From positions 32,001 to 96,000 of the IMG/VR virus record IMGVR_UViG_3300033141_000124: DNA of 64,000 bases; one strand, written 5' to 3'. Position 1 is the first letter of the stretch; each line of letters begins with the position of its first letter. The stretch is from a virus. Under the pieces are notes generated by a model. The model was not told the origin of the DNA. It saw only the letters and a program-made list of their open reading frames with translations, and searched no databases. Made by a program: the position numbers and the translations under genes. Below are positions 27,160 through 36,964 of this stretch, in pieces.

Positions 27160-28209
27160 ATGGCAAAGAAGACAGTATATCAACAATTTAATACTGATGC
27201 TTTAAAACATTTTGGGCTTGATGGTGACTCTAAATACGGAGTCATCGTCAACCATAGTGTGGAAGAAGTACTAGTTACACAAGATGTAACTACATATGAA
27301 AAAATACATTCTATATTGTATAAGGATACGGTTACTGATCAGACATTACAAATGTACAAGAAAGCTTTTGTACTGCCTAACAGTGAGGTATCACTTGACA
27401 GAATTAAAGCTGCATTAAGAGAGCATAAGATTACAGTTACTAATGATTATGAGCTAGCAGATCTTATAGTTACACATGGTAGATTCTCTGGAAGACAATT
27501 ACAAAATGGTGAGAATATTCCAACTACATCTATGATGTCTAAGCTATGGAACTATGAAACTACTATAGAAGGTTCTATAAGTCAGAGTTCATCACCTATA
27601 AATAGTTTAATCCAGAACTATGATGGTCCAGTTATTATAGATGAAAAGATCACTAAAAGGATTAGATATTATGATTTAGAGACTGATGAAGCTTTGTATG
27701 ATAATTGGATGATTACAGGTCTTGCAGTTAACATAGCTCATCTTATAGATACAGGTTCATTAGATGTTGTAGACGTTGGAACAGTATTGCATAGTTCAGC
27801 AAATAGATGTATATTAGATGAAGAATTATTAAGTGATATAATTGCTCAAGTTAATTCTCATAATAATGATGATGTAGCTTTGGCAGGTAAGATTATTCCT
27901 ACCATAGATTATACTAAAAATCTGCATCTGTTCTGGGTTTTGACTCAAGAATGTTATAGAATAACCCATGCTTATAATAGAGATAAAGATATTCAGTACT
28001 GGTTGAGTCAGTCAAACTTTAGTAAGATATCTGATTTTAATGCAGAGGCTATGATATTATATCTAGAGGAGGAAGGACTATTGGATTCTAAAGCATTTAG
28101 ATATTTAGAACCAAGAGTAAGAAGTGAGATAACAATACACAATAGAGACTTGTATGTATTTAAAGTCTCTGTAAAGAAAGAATACCAAAAATATTTAAAA
28201 AATGTATAA
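27160..28209 (+). CDS. Hypothetical protein with possible BRCT-like N-terminal domain (paralog A)
   Basis: KAFVLPNSEVSLDRIK...KITVTNDYELADLIV. Confidence 0.55.
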   Translation: MAKKTVYQQFNTDALKHFGLDGDSKYGVIVNHSVEEVLVTQDVTTYEKIHSILYKDTVTDQTLQMYKKAFVLPNSEVSLDRIKAALREHKITVTNDYELADLIVTHGRFSGRQLQNGENIPTTSMMSKLWNYETTIEGSISQSSSPINSLIQNYDGPVIIDEKITKRIRYYDLETDEALYDNWMITGLAVNIAHLIDTGSLDVVDVGTVLHSSANRCILDEELLSDIIAQVNSHNNDDVALAGKIIPTIDYTKNLHLFWVLTQECYRITHAYNRDKDIQYWLSQSNFSKISDFNAEAMILYLEEEGLLDSKAFRYLEPRVRSEITIHNRDLYVFKVSVKKEYQKYLKNV

Positions 28210-29350
28210 TTATTATAAAATAAGTTTAAGCGTAAATAGCAAAGAATCATATACTTCAAATCAACTTAATGCACAGTCATTTAATTTAGATAAAGAAGGT
28301 ATATTTTTATATAACACTAGCAACTGGCATCTTACAACAGAGGATGCTAAGATGTTAGGTCTTTCAATATCCGGTGAAAAGCTAGATATACAAGGCAAAA
28401 CTATATATAGATACCCAAAGTTGTCATTACCTAGACAGAAGGTGGACTTATTAAAAGGTTCATATGATGTTAAGGTATCAAGAAATCCTGTTACTGCTGA
28501 TATTCATGTAGTATCAACAAAGTTTATTGAGAGTCTTGTTAAGTACAACTGGAATCCTGCATTCTCAAAGAGAAGAGTCTATGAGATGTTTATTAAAATG
28601 AGAGAGAAGGATTTGTTACATGAAGATCTTATGCCAAGCATACGTAAGATGTTAGAAGATACTCACAATAGTGATATGTTTGCAATTGATATACCATATG
28701 CATATAATAACACATTTCATGGTCAGAAGGCTAATCATGTCCAGGATGTAAATGATATTATATCAGAAACTAAAAAGACTGCATTACATCAGAGATGTGG
28801 TATCATAGCAGATCCAGCTAAGATTAAACTATTTAATCAGCTTACTAAGACTACAGCTAATATAGTATTAGATACAGAGATTAGTAAAAAGATTGATGAA
28901 AGTTTAGTAACTCTTGGAGAAGAAGACTATGTTAACCTTACTACACAGATAAGAAGTGATAATATAGATGATAGAAGTGTTGCATTAGAGATGATGGCTA
29001 ACTGTAATCTTGAAGAGTCATTTGATATTGTAACTATGATATATTATTTTAACTTTGAGTATTGTAAGTCAACTTCAAATTGGAATACAGTAAATGTAAA
29101 AGCAATGAAGAATAGACTTACTGAGATAGCAGGAGGATGTCAGAGAGCACAAGGATTTACTTATAATAGGCTTGTAAATTTTCTTATTAAACAAGGTAAG
29201 TTAACTCCATTTGTTATTAAAACTTGTAAGGATATGATACATAAACATGTATTGAAAGCCAATGCGTTAAATGACATATGGAAGATAGATATGGAAAGTA
29301 TATATCTTAATGAGGATTTACAAAAACATATAATAGAAAAAGATGCATAA
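28202..29350 (+). CDS. Hypothetical protein with possible BRCT-like domain (paralog B)
   Basis: KTIYRYPKLSLPRQKV...DVKVSRNPVTADIHV. Confidence 0.55.
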   Translation: MYNYYKISLSVNSKESYTSNQLNAQSFNLDKEGIFLYNTSNWHLTTEDAKMLGLSISGEKLDIQGKTIYRYPKLSLPRQKVDLLKGSYDVKVSRNPVTADIHVVSTKFIESLVKYNWNPAFSKRRVYEMFIKMREKDLLHEDLMPSIRKMLEDTHNSDMFAIDIPYAYNNTFHGQKANHVQDVNDIISETKKTALHQRCGIIADPAKIKLFNQLTKTTANIVLDTEISKKIDESLVTLGEEDYVNLTTQIRSDNIDDRSVALEMMANCNLEESFDIVTMIYYFNFEYCKSTSNWNTVNVKAMKNRLTEIAGGCQRAQGFTYNRLVNFLIKQGKLTPFVIKTCKDMIHKHVLKANALNDIWKIDMESIYLNEDLQKHIIEKDA

Positions 29351-30335
29351 AGATGAAAAGAAAGAGGAAGAGTTCTATGCAAATAAAGATTTTTGCTTTA
29401 GCTATTCCTCTTTAAATAAACTTATATTTTCTCCTTATTTATTTTATAAGGACTATATACTACAGGATCGTGAGATTAAAACAGATAAACATTTGATAGA
29501 AGGGAAGCTATTGCATTGTTTGATGTTTGAACCAGAAAGCTTTGATAAGAAGTTTGAGCTGGTTCCTGATAAACTTCCTAGTGATAACATACGTAAAGTC
29601 TTAAAAGATATGACATTCCATACAGATGCAAAGACCCTTGCTGATTGTGAAGAGTTTGTTATATTAGACTCACTCAAGTCTATGAATCTATATCAATCTT
29701 TAAAAGCTGATGAAGCTAGATTAAATAAGATTAGAACTGAAGAAGCAGAAATGTATTGGAAGTTTATAAATAATAGAGATAAAGATGTAATAGACAGAGA
29801 TACATTTGATAGAGTTGGTGTTAGTATAAATTACCTGAAGAATAATGAAGAGGTACTAGATATACTAGTAAATGATGCACCAACAGATTTTGATTTAGAT
29901 CCAGTTACATATTACAAAGAACAATATCTTAAATCAGAATTAGTTGACTGTGATTTTGGTTTACATGGTTATGTAGATTTCTATAAAGTAGATACTGATA
30001 AGAAAGAAGTTACTATAGTTGACTTGAAGACAACAGGTAAAACTGTTTCAGACTTCAAAGAGACAATTGACTTCTATAATTATTGGTTACAAGCAGCTAT
30101 ATATATGAAGTTAGTATATGATTCTCTTGGAGATGATAGAGATGAATACAAGATACAATTTAAGTTCATAGTAATAGATAAATACTATCAAGTATATGTG
30201 TTTGATGTCACTGATCAGACAATAAATGACTGGGCAGATGGCTTTGCGGGTGTATTAAATGTAGCAAAATTCCACTATAATAGCAGAAATTACTCTCTTC
30301 CAATGGATATGTTAGTAAATAAGGTTAAATTATAG
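29343..30335 (+). CDS. PD-(D/E)xK exonuclease (RecE/DUF3799-like)
   Basis: FSYSSL, GKLLHC, HGYVDF...IVDLKTT, YWLQAAIY. Confidence 0.88.
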   Translation: MHKDEKKEEEFYANKDFCFSYSSLNKLIFSPYLFYKDYILQDREIKTDKHLIEGKLLHCLMFEPESFDKKFELVPDKLPSDNIRKVLKDMTFHTDAKTLADCEEFVILDSLKSMNLYQSLKADEARLNKIRTEEAEMYWKFINNRDKDVIDRDTFDRVGVSINYLKNNEEVLDILVNDAPTDFDLDPVTYYKEQYLKSELVDCDFGLHGYVDFYKVDTDKKEVTIVDLKTTGKTVSDFKETIDFYNYWLQAAIYMKLVYDSLGDDRDEYKIQFKFIVIDKYYQVYVFDVTDQTINDWADGFAGVLNVAKFHYNSRNYSLPMDMLVNKVKL

Positions 30336-30336
30336 T

Positions 30337-30909
30337 ATGGGAGTATATACAGAATATTTTCAGAAGAGTAAGGTCTTCTTGTATCCTTTATTAAAGTTTA
30401 GGAAGGGACTGAAATATGTTCCTTCTCAAACTTATATTGGGTGGAGTGACGTTTATGAGACTGAAGATATGATGTTTCTATGTTTATATAATACAAAGTT
30501 AACAGACTCTTTTAATGTATTTGCAAAGAGGCATCTAATACCCCATCCTATGTACAGAGCTTTTACTTCTTTATCAGAGAAAGAACAGCTGTTTATGTTT
30601 GACTTTAGTAGATTCAAAAATGATTGGAAAAGATTTATAGATGGTAAATACTCTCAGTTTAGTTTATCAACCAAAGTAACTATATTAGATTACTTTGATG
30701 ATAAGAAAACTGTAAATTATATACAAGGGTTTTTATCTCCAGAAGATGTACATGAAGAATATGCTAATAAACTTAATGTTAAACTAGATATACTACAAAA
30801 AGTACATGAGGTATGTACTGCACCAGACTTGGAAAAAGAAATTTTAGTTGATAATAATTATGTTTTGTATCAATTATTAAAAGAAAGTTCCATATCTTTG
30901 ACAAAATAA
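30337..30909 (+). CDS. Hypothetical protein
   Basis: 190 aa; FLYPLL...FIDGKYSQFS. Confidence 0.75.
   Translation: MGVYTEYFQKSKVFLYPLLKFRKGLKYVPSQTYIGWSDVYETEDMMFLCLYNTKLTDSFNVFAKRHLIPHPMYRAFTSLSEKEQLFMFDFSRFKNDWKRFIDGKYSQFSLSTKVTILDYFDDKKTVNYIQGFLSPEDVHEEYANKLNVKLDILQKVHEVCTAPDLEKEILVDNNYVLYQLLKESSISLTK
30893..30900 (+). promoter_or_regulatory. Bacteroidota -7 element TATCTTTG
   Basis: 19 nt upstream of the ATG at 30920. Confidence 0.45.
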
Positions 30910-30919
30910 ATAAACCAAT

Positions 30920-31336
30920 ATGGCACAAATAGGTCAGAATATGATGTTAGTTCATTCCACATTTAGGAATGCTAAATCATTTACATTAATTCCAGTGAGT
31001 CAAGACTCACCATATGTAGAAGCTATGTTTGATCCTGCATCAGGCATCTTAGCTGTTATCAGTAAAGTAATGAAACAATCTTATCACATGGTTCCTAAAT
31101 TAGATGATGAAGGTCAACCAATGAGATTAAAGAAACCAAACATGCAAACTGGTAAGACTGTAAAAGAAGAGAGAAGATTAGTAGATACATTCTCTGAATT
31201 TTATCTTAATGATAAAACTGATATAGAAACTTTTATTCATATGTTTGCTGTGAATGCAGATACATTTGATTATAAAGAGTACTTTGTTGATGTAAAGGAG
31301 ACTAAAACATCACCAATTATTTTACCTGGTCAATAG
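30920..31336 (+). CDS. Hypothetical protein
   Basis: 138 aa, ending SPIILPGQ. Confidence 0.75.
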   Translation: MAQIGQNMMLVHSTFRNAKSFTLIPVSQDSPYVEAMFDPASGILAVISKVMKQSYHMVPKLDDEGQPMRLKKPNMQTGKTVKEERRLVDTFSEFYLNDKTDIETFIHMFAVNADTFDYKEYFVDVKETKTSPIILPGQ

Positions 31337-31361
31337 CCTCCTATAACTCTATTGACTATAA

Positions 31362-31392
31362 AAAAAGAAGCCTATTGACGTAGGCTTTTTTT
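31362..31392 (+). terminator. Intrinsic terminator
   Basis: AAGAAGCCTA-TTGACG-TAGGCTTTTTTT. Confidence 0.75.
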
Positions 31393-31409
31393 GGCTATAA
31401 AAACTAAAA

Positions 31410-33407
31410 ATGCATATGAAACACTGGGTAATGGATTATGAAACCTTATCTAATTGTTTTACAGCCGTGTTTGAACATTACAAGACTCAGGAAACTGAAG
31501 TCTTTGTCATACATGATCTGCAAAATGATACAGATATCTTCATAGATTTCTTAAAACAAAATATACAAAACAAAGAGTGGCATATATCCTACAATGGATT
31601 GGCCTTTGATGCACAAGTCACTCATTATATATTAGATAATTATGAAAGTTGGACAGGGCTTAGTGGTTGTGATATAGCTTCTGCTATATTTAAGTATGCA
31701 CAGGTCTGCATTCAGAAAGCAAACAATAAAGAGTTTAGTGATTATGCACAATGGAAGATGAAGATAGGTCAGATAGATCTGTTTAAGATGCACCATTGGG
31801 ATAACCCTGCTAAACGGTCCAGTCTGAAGTGGATTCAGTATAGTATGGATTGGCAGAATATATTAGACATGCCTATCCATCATGATACAAAGATAGAAAC
31901 TAAAGAACAGATAGATACCATCTTAGAATATTGTATTAATGACGTGAGGTCAACAAAAGAAATATTCAACAGATCAAAATCACAGATAAAATTAAGAAAA
32001 GAACTTACTAAAACATATGGTATCAATCTCTTTAGTGCTTCAGAACCAAGGATAAGTAAAGAGGTATTTGGATATTTCTTACGTCAGATGCTGAATATAC
32101 CCAAGCGGGACCTAAGAGGTATGAGAACTTATAGAGATATAGTAAAGGTAAAAGATATTATATTACCGTACATCTCTTTCACATCTCCAGAGTTTAACAT
32201 GCTACTTGATAGGTTTAAATCTCTAGAAGTAACAGGGAATAAACTTAAAGGCAGTTTTAAATATAGTGTAAACTATAAAAATGTTAAGACTCACTTTGGT
32301 TTAGGTGGTGTCCACGGTGCACGGGACAAGGGAGTTTATGAGTCTACTGATGATATGGTTATTATGTCATCAGATGTGACTAGTTTCTATCCTAATCTTG
32401 CTATTAAGAATAAGTTTGCTCCAGGTCATTTTCCAAAAGAAGAGTTTTGCAATCAGTATGAATGGTTCTTTAATGAAAGAAAGAAGATACCTAAGAGCAA
32501 CCCTATGAACTATGTATATAAAATTATACTTAATAGTACATTTGGTTTAAGCAATGATGATAAGAGTTTCTTTTATGACCCTGAACTTTGTTTACGTATT
32601 ACTATTAATGGTCAATTGACTCTAATGATGCTGTATGAGCAGATCATGGAGAGAATACCCGGTGCTGTAGCATTGCTACATAATACAGATGGTATAGAAA
32701 CCATAATACCAAGGGATCACGTTGATAATTATATGCAAATATGTAGAGAATGGGAAGAGCAAACAAATTTACAACTAGAACATGATGAATATCAAAAGCT
32801 AGTACTTGCTGATGTCAATAATTATATTGGCGTGAATAACTTTGTAGAAGTTGACATCACAAAGTGGAGAGAAGTTAAACAAAGTCAGCCTCACTATCTA
32901 TTTAAAGTAGACAATGACAAGTTTAGCTTTGCTCCTGTAAAATTAAAGGGACGTTTTGACTTTCATAATTTGCAATTGCATAAAAATAAATCTAAATTAG
33001 TGATACCCAAGGCTATATATCAATACTTTGTACACAATGTATTACCTGAGGACTATCTAAAAGATAATAAGAATATTTTAGATTACTGTATAGGTGGTAA
33101 ATCTAAGGGTGATTGGAAGCAGGTTGCTAAGTTTGTAAAGAACGGAGAGTATCTTGAGGAAGATCTGCAAAAGATTAATAGATACTATATCTCTAATAAT
33201 GGAGTTAAGATTGTTAAAGTGAATAAGAAAGATGACCGGGAGATACAATTAGAATCTGGCAAGTGGCTGCAGACTGTATTCAATAATATGAAAGTAGAAC
33301 CTAAATGGGAAAACTATAATATAAATCAAGGATATTATCTAAGTGCTATTGAGACAGAGATTAATAATATACTTACAGTATCGTCTAACCAACTAGAATT
33401 ATTTTAA
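31410..33407 (+). CDS. polB: DNA polymerase family B (crAss-like)
   Basis: Exonuclease motifs DYET, YNGLAFD, YCINDV; polymerase motifs SSDVTSFYPN, KIILNSTFG, NTDG. Confidence 0.95.
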   Translation: MHMKHWVMDYETLSNCFTAVFEHYKTQETEVFVIHDLQNDTDIFIDFLKQNIQNKEWHISYNGLAFDAQVTHYILDNYESWTGLSGCDIASAIFKYAQVCIQKANNKEFSDYAQWKMKIGQIDLFKMHHWDNPAKRSSLKWIQYSMDWQNILDMPIHHDTKIETKEQIDTILEYCINDVRSTKEIFNRSKSQIKLRKELTKTYGINLFSASEPRISKEVFGYFLRQMLNIPKRDLRGMRTYRDIVKVKDIILPYISFTSPEFNMLLDRFKSLEVTGNKLKGSFKYSVNYKNVKTHFGLGGVHGARDKGVYESTDDMVIMSSDVTSFYPNLAIKNKFAPGHFPKEEFCNQYEWFFNERKKIPKSNPMNYVYKIILNSTFGLSNDDKSFFYDPELCLRITINGQLTLMMLYEQIMERIPGAVALLHNTDGIETIIPRDHVDNYMQICREWEEQTNLQLEHDEYQKLVLADVNNYIGVNNFVEVDITKWREVKQSQPHYLFKVDNDKFSFAPVKLKGRFDFHNLQLHKNKSKLVIPKAIYQYFVHNVLPEDYLKDNKNILDYCIGGKSKGDWKQVAKFVKNGEYLEEDLQKINRYYISNNGVKIVKVNKKDDREIQLESGKWLQTVFNNMKVEPKWENYNINQGYYLSAIETEINNILTVSSNQLELF

Positions 33408-33408
33408 A

Positions 33409-33633
33409 ATGCAATTAGGAGATTTAGAAAAAGGAAAAAAGTTCAGAATCAAAAAAAAAGAACATTATATAGGAAAACCACCAGAGAATCTATTCAGTTC
33501 AGATGGATCTGTTATAAAAGGAGAAGTCTTAACATATGAGGAGAAGGATGGTATGTACTGTATTTGTTCAGATCATGAGGGTAATAAGTTTAATTACCCA
33601 TCATGGTCTAATATTATACCAATAGATGATTAA
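33409..33633 (+). CDS. Hypothetical protein
   Basis: 74-aa ORF. Confidence 0.65.
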   Translation: MQLGDLEKGKKFRIKKKEHYIGKPPENLFSSDGSVIKGEVLTYEEKDGMYCICSDHEGNKFNYPSWSNIIPIDD

Positions 33634-34459
33634 AGTACAACAAACCAAAACTTTAGTTACAAAACCCAATAACAATAGTGCAAACTGCATAGCTCCCAAC
33701 TTAATCTATGGTTGCTTTGGTGGCTGTGTAGACACTTATTGTTATATGTCCAGGTATAATGGGCGTAGAGTATTTGTAAATAAGAATGTAGATGACATAT
33801 TTAAGTCTGTTGTTGAATGGGAAAAGACATATATCAAAGAACCAGACCAACAAGACCCTATATATACTATGGTAGATATTGCATGTAACTCAGACTTAGT
33901 TCTGATGCAGAAACATATGCCTGAATCTTTACATGACTATTTAAAGCGTTATGATGACCATCCACAACTTAACAGTACTATGGCTACAAAGTATCCAAGT
34001 CTTCTTAAACTGGATGTAAATCACTTTAACAAGGCTCCTAGAGTCAGAGTAAGCCTCATGCCCCAGGTTTACTCTAATATATTAGAACCTAAGATGCAAA
34101 AGATATCTAGTAGAATAAAAGATATTAATAGACTAAAGAACTTAGGCTGGGAAGTACACTGTAATTATAGTCCATTAGTCTTCTATCCAGGTTGGAAAGA
34201 AGAGTATAATGACCTATTTGCTGAAGTAAATGCATATGCAGGAGTAAATAAGTGTGAAGTTATAGCTTTAACTAATCATAAAAATCAAATGGCTAAGGCA
34301 ACACCAGAAGCCCAGGAACTAATGAGACGTTCTTATGAAGTAAAGAATGCGTCAGGAGTTATGAGATATCCTTTAAAACACAAAACTAGATTGCTAGCAG
34401 AGTTTAAAGAGATATATAAACAATATTTTCCATTAAATACAATAAGATATATATTTTAA
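33626..34459 (+). CDS. Spore photoproduct lyase-like radical SAM protein
   Basis: YGCFGGCVDTYCYM, DIACNSD, ATKY, RVRVSLMPQ, VHCNYSP. Confidence 0.8.
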   Translation: MIKVQQTKTLVTKPNNNSANCIAPNLIYGCFGGCVDTYCYMSRYNGRRVFVNKNVDDIFKSVVEWEKTYIKEPDQQDPIYTMVDIACNSDLVLMQKHMPESLHDYLKRYDDHPQLNSTMATKYPSLLKLDVNHFNKAPRVRVSLMPQVYSNILEPKMQKISSRIKDINRLKNLGWEVHCNYSPLVFYPGWKEEYNDLFAEVNAYAGVNKCEVIALTNHKNQMAKATPEAQELMRRSYEVKNASGVMRYPLKHKTRLLAEFKEIYKQYFPLNTIRYIF

Positions 34460-34513
34460 TTTGCTGAGTCAGCATTTTTTTATTATATTTACACTTTAAA
34501 AGTTTAAACAATT

Positions 34514-35410
34514 ATGGGACATTCAAAACCAATAGAAACAACCAGGTGGCATCTAGAAAATGCACCTTTACCTAACCACGGTAATACTTACACTGTAGTA
34601 CCACATAGTGAAGTTATAGCTAATACTTTTAAATTATTAGCTGATAGCGGATTTATGGTAACTAGAGAGATATATAGAGCTAGCAAGAATGCAAGTGTAG
34701 CTCAAGGGGTATATCATATATACCCTGAACAAACAACTGATATAGATATAGAGAATGAAAAGGAACTAGGAATGATGTTTGCCTGGACAAACTCTTATGA
34801 TAAGTCTAAAAGCTTTGTGTGTGCAATTGGTGCATATGTACAAGTTTGTTATAATGGTATGTTATGTGGAGACATGATGAACTACAAAAGAAAGCATAGA
34901 TGGTCAGCATCCAGAGATATCTATATGCATATGTCAGATCAGATTAAGAATGGTGAGAAATATTATAAGAGATTAATAAAGGATAAAGAGTCTATGAAGA
35001 ACGTTAACCTAAGCTTCAGAGAACAAGCTGAGCTTGCAGGACGTTTGTTTATACAAGAACAATTAGTCAATACTCATCAGTTAGCATGCATAAAGAGGGA
35101 ATTAGAAAAGCCGTCATATGATTATAATTGCTCTAGAGAAACTGCTTGGGCCTTTTATAATAACGTAACCCATGCACTAAAGCAAACTCACCCACGTGAG
35201 TGGCTTAATGACCAACAGAACTTTCATGATTTCTTTACAGTAGAGCTACAGGGATCACCTGCTAGCAAACAAATGTTTGAGAAACCTCAAGAGTATGAAG
35301 ACTTAGGGGATCCGTCACAGATTATTGTAGATGAGCATGCAGATATGATAGTTGAAGTCAATGAGGAGACACTACAGATGGACATAGACTTTGAAGAGAT
35401 AGAGATATGA
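34514..35410 (+). CDS. DUF932-like protein
   Basis: YTVVPH, WTNSYDKS, QVCYNG, TAWAFYNNVT. Confidence 0.75.
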   Translation: MGHSKPIETTRWHLENAPLPNHGNTYTVVPHSEVIANTFKLLADSGFMVTREIYRASKNASVAQGVYHIYPEQTTDIDIENEKELGMMFAWTNSYDKSKSFVCAIGAYVQVCYNGMLCGDMMNYKRKHRWSASRDIYMHMSDQIKNGEKYYKRLIKDKESMKNVNLSFREQAELAGRLFIQEQLVNTHQLACIKRELEKPSYDYNCSRETAWAFYNNVTHALKQTHPREWLNDQQNFHDFFTVELQGSPASKQMFEKPQEYEDLGDPSQIIVDEHADMIVEVNEETLQMDIDFEEIEI

Positions 35411-35484
35411 TTAAGATGCTAGCCCTTAGTGTATTAATGTTATTGCTTTTATATATAACCATATATGATAAATTAGATAATTAG
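35407..35484 (+). CDS. Possible 25-aa membrane peptide
   Basis: MIKMLALSVLMLLLLYITIYDKLDN; ATGA overlap with the upstream stop. Confidence 0.4.
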   Translation: MIKMLALSVLMLLLLYITIYDKLDN

Positions 35485-35532
35485 GAGAAACCAGCTGGGG
35501 TCAAGTTTTTTGCATTCTTGGCCCCACTCCTA
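35482..35532 (+). terminator. Extended hairpin
   Basis: TAGGAG...TGGGGTCAAG-loop-CTTGGCCCCA-CTCCTA. Confidence 0.5.
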
Positions 35533-35558
35533 TATTGTCCTTCTAAAAATAGAGTAAC

Positions 35559-35750
35559 ATGAGAAAATTTATTGAATTTGCATTGATATGGTACAGTCAA
35601 CAGATGGCTATACCGTTTTGGATTGTTGGTCATATCCACTTATCCGTTAATATATATAAAGATATACATGAGATAGTGATTAGCATGGGTCTTAACTTGC
35701 TCGTACTAACCGGATTCTTAATAGATTATAATAAAAATAAAGACAAATGA
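35559..35750 (+). CDS. Small membrane protein
   Basis: Two hydrophobic segments; 63 aa. Confidence 0.65.
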   Translation: MRKFIEFALIWYSQQMAIPFWIVGHIHLSVNIYKDIHEIVISMGLNLLVLTGFLIDYNKNKDK

Positions 35751-36031
35751 ACGCAAAAGAAAGAAAAGAAAGGCCAGTGTTTACTGGTGTATTGAAGTAC
35801 TTTCCTGATGCTATAATGGAAGTGGCTCGTGTATCACTTGCAGGAAACAAACAACATCATCCTGACAAGCCTCTACATTGGGATCGTAGTAAATCAACTG
35901 ATGACTATGATGCTTTAGCTAGACACCTGATAGATGCAGGAAAAATAGATGATGATGGAATTCGTCACACTGCAAAATGTGCATGGCGTGCATTAGCTTG
36001 CTTACAAAAAGAAATAGAAAATGGAAAATAA
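35747..36031 (+). CDS. DUF5664 (dATP/dGTP diphosphohydrolase-like) protein
   Basis: YFPDAIMEVARVSLAGNKQH...W...DALARHL...HTAKCAWRALACL. Confidence 0.75.
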   Translation: MNAKERKERPVFTGVLKYFPDAIMEVARVSLAGNKQHHPDKPLHWDRSKSTDDYDALARHLIDAGKIDDDGIRHTAKCAWRALACLQKEIENGK

Positions 36032-36257
36032 AAAAATAATTAAATATTGTATATGGACAGCATTATATCTAATAGTACTGTTTCATTTATTAAGTTGTAA
36101 ACCAACTGTATATAATCCAGATACGGATCCTGAAGTTTTAGATTGGTATATAGATAACAATGATACTATTATATATACTAAACAGGATTCTATTAGAGAT
36201 GAACGTGAAAGGTGGGAGTATATTAGAAGCCTTGAACATGACAGCTTGTGGGAATGA
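36021..36257 (+). CDS. Small lipoprotein
   Basis: Lipobox LLSC after a hydrophobic stretch. Confidence 0.6.
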   Translation: MENKKIIKYCIWTALYLIVLFHLLSCKPTVYNPDTDPEVLDWYIDNNDTIIYTKQDSIRDERERWEYIRSLEHDSLWE

Positions 36258-36436
36258 GATACTTTAGTGTTTGGTACATACCATATAATAAATTACTTAA
36301 TGATGATCCACAGTATTACACCAAATGGATGGCTGTAATGGCTGATAATAAAGGAGATGCTAAACAAATGGGAAGACAAGATGGTCTTGTTACCAAAGTT
36401 GAGCTATTAAATAAAAATAAAAAAACTATATTCTAA
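36254..36436 (+). CDS. Hypothetical protein
   Basis: Last plus-strand gene of the block; ATGA overlap. Confidence 0.55.
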   Translation: MRYFSVWYIPYNKLLNDDPQYYTKWMAVMADNKGDAKQMGRQDGLVTKVELLNKNKKTIF

Positions 36437-36451
36437 AGCTAGGAAATTTAT

Positions 36452-36512
36452 ATAAGGGAGGGTTGGCGTATTGCCACTAATAATAATATTAGATGTTTTT
36501 GCCCTTCCTTAT
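36452..36512. terminator. Branched stem-loop between convergent blocks (likely bidirectional terminator)
   Basis: ATAAGGGAGGGT/GCCCTTCCTTAT stem enclosing hairpins TGGCGTATTGCCA and CTAATAATAATATTAG. Confidence 0.6.
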
Positions 36513-36932
36513 TTATTTCCAGAATATACCACCTACAACATCACCTGCTCCTATTGCACCAGTATTACCATCAGCAGATCCTGTAGTTATATTCATACCT
36601 AATCCTAATTTAAATTGAAAACCAACTTCTAAAGATAGATCTAAATAACTATCTGCTGCTATACAGAAGATTGCTACAGGAATATCTGAATTAACAGGGG
36701 CTGTAGCTTTATCAAATAATCTTATAAACATATCAGAACTAGTACTATTATGAAGGTTTATAGCATATACACTACCTCCACCTTTTTTAATAAAATCCAG
36801 ATTGGTTCCAGCTGATGAAAGTACTTTATGTATTGATAGTCCTCCAAACCCATATTGATTTGGAACTGACATAGCTTTAGGATACTCAGCATTTAGACTT
36901 GATGACTCTGCGTTATTAAATTTTACTCCCAT
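36513..36932 (-). CDS. Putative virion structural protein (beta-sandwich)
   Basis: 139 aa, beta-rich; downstream of the tail fibre. Confidence 0.55.
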   Translation of the reverse strand: MGVKFNNAESSSLNAEYPKAMSVPNQYGFGGLSIHKVLSSAGTNLDFIKKGGGSVYAINLHNSTSSDMFIRLFDKATAPVNSDIPVAIFCIAADSYLDLSLEVGFQFKLGLGMNITTGSADGNTGAIGAGDVVGGIFWK

Positions 36933-36964
36933 TTTATTTATTTTTATTTATTAATTTATATATA

